Shown: one piece after another, positions 1 to 7,834 of the stretch
Numbering within the stretch: the stretch's first letter is position 1
Layout: every line of letters starts with the position of its first letter
From: an uncultured Chloroflexia bacterium
GTDB taxonomy: Bacteria; Chloroflexota; Limnocylindria; Limnocylindrales; CSP1-4
Assembly (NCBI GenBank): GCA_963763775.1
Contig: CAVXPZ010000004.1
Coordinates: 320,001 to 384,000 of the forward strand
DNA: 64,000 nucleotides
Reading direction: 5' to 3'
Program-made: the position numbers and the translations under genes
Notes under the pieces: model-generated
What the model was told of the DNA's origin: nothing
The model's database searches: none
The model's input: only the letters and a program-made list of their open reading frames with translations

Positions 1-1
1 C

Positions 2-1141
2 GAGGCGGTCCTCGGACCCGGCGATCCGGTGCCCGACGACGCCCTGCCGATCACCGTTCGCGGCGACTGGGTCGTCCCGGGTCTCATCGACTGCCACAGC
101 CACCAGATCGGCGAGATGGAATACGCGGGCATCCCGGCGATCGACGCCTCCCCCGCGCAGGAGGCGATGAGCGGCGTCCGCAACGCCCGCGACACGCTCC
201 GAGCCGGGTTCACGACGGTGCGCGATGTCGGCACGTTCTGGGCGTTCGTCGACGTGGCGCTGCGAGATGCCATCGACGCCGGCTGGACGCCCGGACCCCG
301 GATGCAGTGCGCGGGCGCCTACATCACGTGCCCGGGCGGCGGCGGCGAGGTCACGGGCGACGCCCCGTCGATGCGTCTGCCGGACGGGCTCCGGTTCGGC
401 GTGGTCCGCGATGCGGACGAGGTCCGCGCCAGGGTCCGGGCACTGGTCGCCGGCGGCGCCGACGTCATCAAGTGCATCGTCACGGGCGCGGTCCTCACGC
501 GCGGCACCGACCCGGATGCCGTGGAACTCGCCGAACCGCTGGTCCGTGCCGCCGTCGAGGAAGCCGCGGCGCATGGCCGGTTCGTGGCCGCCCACGCCCA
601 CGGCACCGAGGGGATCAAGGTCGCGATCCGCGCCGGCGTCCGGTCGATCGAGCACGGGTCGCTCATCGACGACGAGGGGATCGCGATGCTCGCCGACACG
701 GGGACCTACTGGGTTGCCGACGTCTATGACGGCGACTGGATCGCCGAGGAAGGCCGCCGGTCGGGTTGGCCAGCCGAGACGATGGCGAAGAACGAGGCGA
801 CCACCCAGGCCCAGCGCGACGGGTTCTCGAAGGCCGTGGCCGCGGGCGTCCGGCTCGCCTACGGCACCGACAGCGGCGTCTACCCGCACCGGATGGTCGC
901 GATCCAGCTCGGCTACCAGGTCCGGTTGGGTCAGACGCCCGCGGAAGCGATCCGCTCCGCGACCCTGACCGCGGCGGAGTGCCTCGGCTGGGACGACCGC
1001 GTCGGATCGTTCTCGCCGGGCCGCTTCGCGGACCTCGTCACCGTCGACGCGGACCCGCTGACCGACATCGAGGTCCTGCGCCGGCCGACGGCGGTCATGA
1101 AGGGCGGCGAGCTGGTGGACCTGGGAGCGGTCAGCGACTGA
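2..1141 (+). CDS. Metal-dependent amidohydrolase (Xaa-Pro dipeptidase-like subgroup), 5' end outside window
   Basis: Motifs PGLIDCHSH, GFTTVRDVG, AHAHG, SIEHG, GTDSG, GRFADLV. The frame is open back to the window edge. Confidence 0.9.
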   Translation, partial: EAVLGPGDPVPDDALPITVRGDWVVPGLIDCHSHQIGEMEYAGIPAIDASPAQEAMSGVRNARDTLRAGFTTVRDVGTFWAFVDVALRDAIDAGWTPGPRMQCAGAYITCPGGGGEVTGDAPSMRLPDGLRFGVVRDADEVRARVRALVAGGADVIKCIVTGAVLTRGTDPDAVELAEPLVRAAVEEAAAHGRFVAAHAHGTEGIKVAIRAGVRSIEHGSLIDDEGIAMLADTGTYWVADVYDGDWIAEEGRRSGWPAETMAKNEATTQAQRDGFSKAVAAGVRLAYGTDSGVYPHRMVAIQLGYQVRLGQTPAEAIRSATLTAAECLGWDDRVGSFSPGRFADLVTVDADPLTDIEVLRRPTAVMKGGELVDLGAVSD

Positions 1142-1400
1142 CCGCCGATCGGCGACCGGACCGCGAGCCCGTCCGGGATGGGCCGGGGATCATCGCGGAT
1201 CCGAGCGCGATCAGCCCACGACCCAGTCGAAACCGCACCCGCAGCACCGGCCCGACGTGGACCCCGGCGGCTGAGCCATCCGGACCGTCCACCGTCCGGA
1301 CGCGGTGGCGCTCGTCGTGGAAGCCCGCGATCCGATCGCTGACGGTCTCGAAGGGCAGGTCGAACGTCGAACGGGCTGGTTCCGGGGACAGGCAGGACAT
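1131..1400 (-). CDS. Small hypothetical protein (89 aa), possibly last gene of the DUF2089 operon
   Basis: ATG at 1400 preceded by GAGGAG RBS. Contains an RFRLGRGLIALG amphipathic segment and is co-oriented with the upstream operon. Confidence 0.5.
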   Translation of the reverse strand: MSCLSPEPARSTFDLPFETVSDRIAGFHDERHRVRTVDGPDGSAAGVHVGPVLRVRFRLGRGLIALGSAMIPGPSRTGSRSGRRSAVSR

Positions 1401-1467
1401 CAGGGCACTCCTCACGTGGTGGCCGGGGCGTCGAGTCGGCGCTGGACGCGGGACGAGACGGACTCGT

Positions 1468-1872
1468 TCATTCGATCGCGATCCGGACGCCGTCGCCGTC
1501 GTCGTCGATCTGGACGATCGGGCCCTTGAAGCCCGACGCGAGGGCCGCGCGGATGCGGTCGGCCATCGACTCCGTCAGGCCCGGGATGCTGTCGATCGCG
1601 GCCCGGCCCAGCGCGAGCGGGACACGCAGGTTCACGACCTGGCGGCCCTCATCGCTGATCTCGATCCGGATGGCGCGCGCGGGGGCGTCGTCGGAGGACG
1701 CCTTCGACGCCCCCTCGAACGCGCGCTGGTCGGAGTCGGTGTCATAGGGGGCGGCCGCCTCGGCGGCGGCCGACCGGCCATCGAGGGCATCGAGGATCGG
1801 GCCGGCCTCCTCGGCCGTGAGGCGACCCTCGGCCACGAGGCGGAGGACCTGGTCGAGCGCGTCGTCAGGCAT
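1468..1872 (-). CDS. Hypothetical protein with N-terminal SHOCT/YvlB-like helix pair
   Basis: MPDDALDQVLRLVAEGRLTAEEAGPILDAL N-terminus; VNLRVPL...VRIAIE C-terminal domain; start overlaps the stop of the DUF4097 gene. Confidence 0.8.
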   Translation of the reverse strand: MPDDALDQVLRLVAEGRLTAEEAGPILDALDGRSAAAEAAAPYDTDSDQRAFEGASKASSDDAPARAIRIEISDEGRQVVNLRVPLALGRAAIDSIPGLTESMADRIRAALASGFKGPIVQIDDDGDGVRIAIE

Positions 1873-2953
1873 CGGTCGAGTCCTCGGCGGGCGCCGCGAT
1901 GACGCCATCGGAACCGGGATCTGGATCGGCCGTCGCGGCCGTCGCCTCGGCCGGGATGTCCGCATCGAGGGAGGCGTCCCCATCGAGTCCGTCCAGCCGA
2001 CGCGTGGCCTCGTCGATGTCGATCTCGCCACGCTCGAGGGCGCGGAGGATGGACAGTCGCGCGGCTTCGGTCGGGTCCGCATCCGCGGCCACGTCATCGC
2101 TGACGGAGACCGCGGCCTCGCCACCATCGGCGTCGGCGGACGGTCCGGGGGCCGATATCAGGGCCTCGGGATCGGCATCGGGGCGAACGACCGGCGACGG
2201 TCGGACGAGCCGTACGTCGCCCGACGTGGACCGAACGTTCAAGGTGGGTCCGCCACGCCCGATCGTCACCGACCGGTGCCCGCGACCGCCGTCGGATCGG
2301 CCGTCCACCTCGGAGCGGAGGTCGCCCGTCACCGATCGCAGCTCCACGCGGACGTCGCCCGCGAGCGCGAGCAGCGCGTCGCCGCTCACGGTCTCGATGG
2401 AGAACGGTCCCGGGCCGGCAAGACGGCCGGCGATACGCAGGTCACCGCTGGTCGTGGACGCCCGGAGCGACGCGATGGTCGCGGCCCGCAAGGCGAGGTC
2501 GCCCGAGACGGTCCGGGCCTGCAGGAACGCATCGTCGACGACCGTCGCCTCGACGTCGCCGGACACCGCCTCGATCGTGAGGCGTCCAGCCACGCCGCGC
2601 AGCCGGACGTCGCCGGATGCCGTGCGGTATCGCTGCTCCCCGAGCAACCCCTCGACGACGATCTTGCCGCTCGCGGACTCGACGACCACGCTGGCCGATG
2701 CCGGGACGTCGATCTCGAGGTCGACCGAGCCACGACGGGATCCACCCGTGAACGGGTCGACGCCCGTACTGACGGCGAGGCTGCCGTCGCCCTTTTCGAT
2801 CTGGAGCGCCGAGCCGGTCTCGCCGTTGCCGTGGATCCGGACGGTGGTGCCCTCGACGCCCCGCAGTCGCACGGCGCCATGCCGAGTGCGGACGGAGACG
2901 ACGCCCCTCGCGCCGATGTCGTGGGCGAGCTCGATGGGGCTGGCCGCGGTCAT
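1865..2953 (-). CDS. DUF4097 family beta-strand-repeat protein with C-terminal SHOCT-like motif
   Basis: Repeated T(A/V/T)SGD(V/L) units; C-terminal RLSILRALERGEIDIDEA. Confidence 0.85.
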   Translation of the reverse strand: MTAASPIELAHDIGARGVVSVRTRHGAVRLRGVEGTTVRIHGNGETGSALQIEKGDGSLAVSTGVDPFTGGSRRGSVDLEIDVPASASVVVESASGKIVVEGLLGEQRYRTASGDVRLRGVAGRLTIEAVSGDVEATVVDDAFLQARTVSGDLALRAATIASLRASTTSGDLRIAGRLAGPGPFSIETVSGDALLALAGDVRVELRSVTGDLRSEVDGRSDGGRGHRSVTIGRGGPTLNVRSTSGDVRLVRPSPVVRPDADPEALISAPGPSADADGGEAAVSVSDDVAADADPTEAARLSILRALERGEIDIDEATRRLDGLDGDASLDADIPAEATAATADPDPGSDGVIAAPAEDSTDA

Positions 2954-3366
2954 CGTCGGGACCTCCCGAGCGCGCGGATCGCGGTGGCCGCGTCCTCGGC
3001 GCTCATCTCGTGACGGGCCAGCATCCCGAGGATCTCCTCGCGAGATTCCGGCGCGTTCGTGACCACGGTCGGGTCGTCGATCTCATCGGCGTCGGCGCGC
3101 GCTCCGAACCCGAGGGCTCGGACCAGGGCCTCGACGCGGGACCGGACCGTGGGATAGCTGATGCCGAGCTCGCGCTCCATCTCGCGGAGGTTGCCCCGCG
3201 ATCGCAGGAAGCTCTCGAGCAGCGCCAGCTGCTCGCGGTTCAGGCGGCCGAACCGGCCGACGCTGAAGTCGCCTTCCAGCGCGGTCCCGCAACTCCGGCA
3301 GTGCAGACGTGTGACGGAGAGCTCGCCGGCGCACACCGGACAGGTGGAGATGACGTCGTGTGCCAT
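2950..3366 (-). CDS. DUF2089 family protein (Zn ribbon + HTH + SHOCT-like)
   Basis: CPVC...CRSC zinc ribbon; GNLREMERELGISYPTVRSR HTH signature. Confidence 0.9.
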   Translation of the reverse strand: MAHDVISTCPVCAGELSVTRLHCRSCGTALEGDFSVGRFGRLNREQLALLESFLRSRGNLREMERELGISYPTVRSRVEALVRALGFGARADADEIDDPTVVTNAPESREEILGMLARHEMSAEDAATAIRALGRSRR

Positions 3367-3403
3367 AAGGTCGGTCCTTCGGTTCCTCGTGCGTGTGGCA
3401 CCT

Positions 3404-3450
3404 GTTGTAATACACGCCTTTCACTTTGTCAATATCCAACATCACTTTGT
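3404..3450 (-). promoter_or_regulatory. Sigma70-type promoter of the DUF2089 operon with a direct-repeat operator candidate
   Basis: Minus-strand TTGACA (3432-3427), 17 bp, TACAAC (3409-3404). ACAAAGTGA direct repeats at 3421-3429 and 3442-3450 lie in an AT-rich patch. Confidence 0.6.
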
Positions 3451-3643
3451 GGCATGTCGCACCGGTGCAACGGCAACAGCGCCGTTCGCGCATCGTCAAC
3501 CGTCCATCCCGGGTCGGGAGCGTTTGCCGGGGCGACGAACCGGCCTTCGTCCGCTGGTCCGGATCGGGCCGTCGGCGAGACTGCTGGACATCGGGGTGAC
3601 CGGATGCGTCACCCAGGTGCAGGACCGGAAAGGAGACGAACCG

Positions 3644-3763
3644 ATGTCCGCTCACCAGCAGATCGTCCGGGCAGACCCACTCGGCGCCGTGCCGGCCGCC
3701 CTGGTCGTGATCATGGCCATCCTCGCGATGCTCGGCGTCATCGCCCACGCGGCAGTCCTCTAA
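3644..3763 (+). CDS. Small single-pass membrane peptide (39 aa)
   Basis: Strong RBS GAAAGGAG, ATG at 3644, TAA stop; MSAHQQIVRADPLGAVPAALVVIMAILAMLGVIAHAAVL. Confidence 0.6.
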   Translation: MSAHQQIVRADPLGAVPAALVVIMAILAMLGVIAHAAVL

Positions 3764-3885
3764 GGGCTCGCCCTCGTCGACGCCGACGCTCCTCAGCTCT
3801 TCCCGGCCCCGGCAGGACGTCAGCCCTGACCGGGGCCTCCGTTCGCCCTGGGCGAGCTCGAGCGACGGCCGCAGCGGGGCGCTCA

Positions 3886-4379
3886 TCGGATCGCCGTCCG
3901 CCGTGTCTCTGCTCGAGCGCGGGCGTTCGTCGGATCCCGCGCGCAGTCACCAGGTGCGTGCAATGCCAGTCAGGCGGTGCGGGATCCCTGAAGCGCGCCT
4001 CGAACTCCCGGCGCTCAGTCACCTGGTGACTGGTGGCACGTCGATCGGGCGTTTGAGACGTCGCTGGCTGCCCGGCGGCGTGGATAGGAGTCACCCCATG
4101 ACTGCGGCGCCGGCTCGGGTCACATCGTCCGGCGTGCTGGCGCGCGGCGAGGTGGAACAGCCGAGGCCCGCCGGCCCGGGTCGACCTGAACGGCCTTCTT
4201 CCGGTTCAGTCACCAGACGGGGCCTGTGTGCGCGGCTCCGGCGGATCTCGCGCTGCCGAGTCCTGGGGTGACTACGCAGCAGGCGAATCGACCCGATCTG
4301 GCCTTGGGAGCCTCCACAGGGGTCGACTGGTGACTGCGCGAGAAGGACGAGACACGGGCAGCGCGGACCGTGGATCCGA
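3886..4379. repeat. Palindromic repeat element: six degenerate CAGTCACC-N-GGTGACTG units inside nested long-range inverted repeats
   Basis: Units at 3944, 4016, 4088, 4207, 4258, 4320. Perfect inverted pairs 3940-3953/4327-4340 (14 bp), 3901-3909/4349-4357 and 4089-4098/4264-4273. Confidence 0.7.
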
Positions 4380-4430
4380 GGGCGGCCGCGGATCCGAGGG
4401 CGGCGCGCCCGGCCGTCGCGGACCAGGGGC

Positions 4431-4480
4431 TTGACACGCCGCCATTCACCGCCTACCGTCCGTTCAACAACTATTGAACG
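4431..4480 (+). promoter_or_regulatory. Sigma70 promoter plus palindromic operator for the ArsR-MFS operon
   Basis: TTGACA 4431-4436, 17 bp, TACCGT 4454-4459. Inverted repeat CGTTCAA-N6-TTGAACG at 4461-4480 covers the predicted TSS. Confidence 0.75.
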
Positions 4481-4491
4481 ATGGTGACGAA

Positions 4492-5142
4492 GTGAACGCC
4501 GAACACGTGATGAACCCGAGCGAGACCCCGGCCGATCTCGGGCCGGAACCCATCCCCGAACTCCGCATCACCGACGTCGAGACGATCAAGGCCCTGTCCG
4601 ACCCGCTCCGGCTCCGGATCCTCGAGATCATGACCGCCGGCCAGGCCGAGACCTTCACCGTCAAGCGCCTGGCGGGCATGCTCGGCGTCAACCCGACCAA
4701 GCTCTACCACCACATCAACCTGCTCGCCGACCGGGGCCTGATCAACCCGGCCGGCCAGCGTGTCGTCTCCGGGATCATCGAGACGAGCTATCGAATCGCG
4801 CAGCTCAAGATCAACCTCGATCGATCCCTGCTGGCCAACGACAGCCCCGAACTGCACGACGTCCTCGTGACCGTCTTCGACGGCGCGCGGGACGACATCG
4901 AGCGCGGACTCCGGTCCGGCGCCATCGGCCTGTCCGAGGACGCCGAGCCGATCACCAGGCTGCTCCTCTCCAAGGGCATCGCCCGACTCTCCGCCGACCG
5001 GGCGGTGGAATTCCGGACCCGGATCATCGAGCTCTTCGAGGAGTTCGACACGGACCAGCTCGACGCCGAGGCCAGGCCCTATGGGCTCGTCTTCGGCTTC
5101 TATCCGATGCCGGACCTGGCATCGGCGGAGGATGACGAATGA
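4492..5142 (+). CDS. ArsR-like winged-helix transcriptional regulator (start 4492 GTG or 4510 ATG)
   Basis: KALSDPLRLRIL...TVKRLA...KLYHHINLLADRGLI wHTH signature. Confidence 0.85.
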   Translation: MNAEHVMNPSETPADLGPEPIPELRITDVETIKALSDPLRLRILEIMTAGQAETFTVKRLAGMLGVNPTKLYHHINLLADRGLINPAGQRVVSGIIETSYRIAQLKINLDRSLLANDSPELHDVLVTVFDGARDDIERGLRSGAIGLSEDAEPITRLLLSKGIARLSADRAVEFRTRIIELFEEFDTDQLDAEARPYGLVFGFYPMPDLASAEDDE

Positions 5143-6470
5143 CCGACCAGCCGGCCGCCGCGGCGATGAACGTGCGCGGCGTGCTCCGACTCCCCGACTT
5201 CCGACGCCTGTGGGGCGCCCAGGCGATCTCCGACGTCGGCGACGGCCTGACGATGCTGACGCTGATGCTCGTCGTCAACCAGCTGACGCACTCGACCCTG
5301 GCGCTCGCGGCCGTCGCGATCGCCCTGGCGATCCCGCCGCTCACGATCGGCATCGTGGCGGGCTCCTACGTGGACCGCTGGGACCGTCGTCGGATCATGA
5401 TCGTGGCCGACGCGTCGCGGGCCGTCATCGTGCTCGGCTTCGTGCTCGCCGCCCGGGCGGAGATGATCCCGCTGGTCATCGTCCTCGGCTTCGTGCAGTC
5501 GTCGATCGGCACGTTCTTCAGCCCGGCACGCGGGGCGCTCGTCCCGCGAGTCGTCCCCGCCGAGGGTCTCCTTGCGGCCAACTCGATCACCCAGGCGACC
5601 CGGGTGATCGCCGGTGTCCTCGGCAGCGCGATGGCCGGGATCATCGTCGGCGTCGCGGGCATGACCTGGCCGGCCTTCGTCATCGATGCCGCCACGTTCG
5701 CCATCTCGGCGCTCATCATCCTCCGGGTGACCCCCGCGCTCGGGCGCCCGACCGCCAGGGAGCGGCAGGCGGTCGGCAGTGTCGGAGCCTCCGTGATGGA
5801 GGGCCTGCGGTTCGTCGCCGGCTCACGTCTCCTCGGCACGACGCTTCTCGCGCTGACCGTGGTGATGCTCGGCCTCGGCGCCATCAACGTCCTGTTCCTG
5901 CCGCTCATCGTCAACGTCCTCCAGGTCAACCCGGCCTGGCTCGGGGCGGTCGACCTCGCCCAGAGCGCGTCCATGATCCTGTCCGCCGGCCTCGTGGCGG
6001 TCCTTGCCGCGCGCATCCGGCCGACGACGCTCGTCACGGTCTCGATCCTCGGCGTCGCCGTGCTGATCGGGCTCGTCGGCGCCACGACCCATGTCGCGCA
6101 GGTCCTTCTGCTCCTCTTCGGGATCGGCTGGTTCGTCACCCCGGTGCAGGCCGCCGTGGTCACGATCTTCCAGACCGGGGTCCCGGACGAGAAGCGCGGA
6201 CGCGCGATGGCCACGCTCCAGGCGGCGATGTCCGGCGCGAGCGTCGCCTCGATGGCGCTCGCCGGGATCTTCGGGGAGCTGGTGGGCGTTCGGACCGTCT
6301 TCTTCCTGGGGGCCCTGGTCGTCGCCACCGGTGGCATCGCGGCCGCGTTCCTCTATCGCGGCCTGCCGAAGGACACGGCCGAGACGGCCCCCGACGGCAC
6401 GCAGGCCGACGGTGCCGTGGACGAGCGGTCGGACGGCCCGATCGACCTGGGCGAGGGCGCCACCGCCTGA
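5139..6470 (+). CDS. MFS transporter (DHA3/MFS_3-like efflux)
   Basis: FRRLWGAQAISDVGD; motif A GSYVDRWDRRRIM; about 12 hydrophobic segments; ATGA overlap with the regulator. Confidence 0.9.
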   Translation: MTDQPAAAAMNVRGVLRLPDFRRLWGAQAISDVGDGLTMLTLMLVVNQLTHSTLALAAVAIALAIPPLTIGIVAGSYVDRWDRRRIMIVADASRAVIVLGFVLAARAEMIPLVIVLGFVQSSIGTFFSPARGALVPRVVPAEGLLAANSITQATRVIAGVLGSAMAGIIVGVAGMTWPAFVIDAATFAISALIILRVTPALGRPTARERQAVGSVGASVMEGLRFVAGSRLLGTTLLALTVVMLGLGAINVLFLPLIVNVLQVNPAWLGAVDLAQSASMILSAGLVAVLAARIRPTTLVTVSILGVAVLIGLVGATTHVAQVLLLLFGIGWFVTPVQAAVVTIFQTGVPDEKRGRAMATLQAAMSGASVASMALAGIFGELVGVRTVFFLGALVVATGGIAAAFLYRGLPKDTAETAPDGTQADGAVDERSDGPIDLGEGATA

Positions 6471-6511
6471 CCCGGCGACCGCGCCACGTTCGGGCCCCGA
6501 GACGGCCCTCG

Positions 6512-6549
6512 GAACAAACCAGAAGCCCGGCGTCGAGACGCCGGGCTTC
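6512..6549 (-). terminator. Intrinsic terminator hairpin between convergent genes
   Basis: 13-bp inverted repeat GAAGCCCGGCGTC/GACGCCGGGCTTC (6522-6549), followed on the minus strand by TGGTTTGTT. Confidence 0.7.
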
Positions 6550-6576
6550 GTCGTGGGCCGATGCGTGCGGCCGAGG

Positions 6577-7422
6577 TCAGCTGCCGGCGCGCACCTGGCT
6601 GGCGGTCACGGTCAGCTTGCCGATCACGGAGTGGTAGTACCGACTCGCCGCGTACGGGTCCATCCAGGCCGTCGTCCCGGGCGTCCGGCTCGACGCGAAC
6701 TTGAAGTCGCGGGTCCCGGTCCAGGCGGGATCGACCCGGAAGATCTCGCCGATCGTCTTGTTCGACAGGATGAGCGACTTGATGATCGTCGAGATGCTGT
6801 CGATGCCGTTGGCGAAGACGGCGCTCGCCCCGGCGCGGAGGAAGCCGGCGCCGTAGTTGTCGACGCGCTTCTTCGCGGTGGTCTTCGTCGGATTGGCCCG
6901 GCCCCACTCCGAGTCACCCGAGGCGTAGCAGAGGCGGTTCAGGATGAAGACCGCGTTCTTCTGCACCTTGAGCGTCTTGACGTAGTCCTCGCCGTAGTAC
7001 TTGGTGTTGTTGTTCCCCTTCGCGGCAAGCGCGTTCAGACCGAACCCGTCCTTTCGGTCCGAGTAGAAGGCGCCGTACGGGCTGGGATGGCCGTTGCCGT
7101 GCCCGAGGTAGATCACGATGTTCGCCCCGACCGCCGCGGCCTTGACCTTGGCCCACGTCGCGTTGGGGGTGTAGACCTCTTTGACGGTGGCCCCGTAGGA
7201 GCGGGCCTGCGCGGCGTAGCGCTTGGCGTTCGAGAGGTAGTTCGCGGTGCTGGAGCCGACCGGGCCGACGATCACGACCACCTTGACCGAGGCGGCGGAG
7301 GCTGGGGTCGGGTCCACCGCGAGGCCGCCGAAGGCGACGACCGCGGCGAGGATGGGCAGGACCGACAGGCGGAGCCATCGGCTGGAAGACGCCCGCTGGG
7401 CGCCGTTGTCGTGGACCTGCAA
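6577..7422 (-). CDS. Secreted hypothetical protein with His-Gly/Cys signature (paralog of 47111-47960)
   Basis: TTG start at 7422 after GGAGGAGG; signal peptide ending ASA; motifs KVVVIVGP, YLGHGNG.PSPYG, LNRLCYASG. Confidence 0.8.
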   Translation of the reverse strand: MQVHDNGAQRASSSRWLRLSVLPILAAVVAFGGLAVDPTPASAASVKVVVIVGPVGSSTANYLSNAKRYAAQARSYGATVKEVYTPNATWAKVKAAAVGANIVIYLGHGNGHPSPYGAFYSDRKDGFGLNALAAKGNNNTKYYGEDYVKTLKVQKNAVFILNRLCYASGDSEWGRANPTKTTAKKRVDNYGAGFLRAGASAVFANGIDSISTIIKSLILSNKTIGEIFRVDPAWTGTRDFKFASSRTPGTTAWMDPYAASRYYHSVIGKLTVTASQVRAGS

Positions 7423-7834
7423 CGCTCTTGCCTCCTCCCTGCCGGAACACCGCGCGGGGGCGCGGCGACGGTGGGTGTTGCCGCCGGCGACAGGAGGGTG
7501 CGGACGACCGACTCGTTCGCGAGGGCGTGGATCGGGTGAGCCGATCCGGGGCCGTCGGGTGGGGGTTCCCGACGAGGTGACAGGGTCCTGCCGTGGGGGG
7601 CGGCGGTCTTCGATTGTGCCTGTCTGTGGGCTCTGGCCTTGGGGGCTCACCACGAAGTATGCCAGTCCGGGAGGCTGCCTGCCGAGGACGACCTTCGGGT
7701 CGTCGGAGCCAGCCGAACGGGCTGCGCACGGGCGCACCACCGGTTTTGGGCTATGCTCGCGACGCCCGGGCGTCTCCGGGCCACGGCCCACACCGCCGTG
7801 ACGTGCCCCCAAGATCCCGCCCAGGAGCCCCCGC

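Noticed and set aside
3944-4336. CRISPR array interpretation of the 72-bp-spaced palindromic repeats
   Set aside because: Repeats are only 17 bp and degenerate, spacing becomes irregular after the third copy, and there are no cas genes in the window.
3886-4379. RNase P, tmRNA or SRP RNA identity for the structured intergenic block
   Set aside because: I could not find GAGGAAAGTCC, tRNA-like ends with a tag ORF, or the SRP CAGG..GNRA..AGCA motif on either strand.
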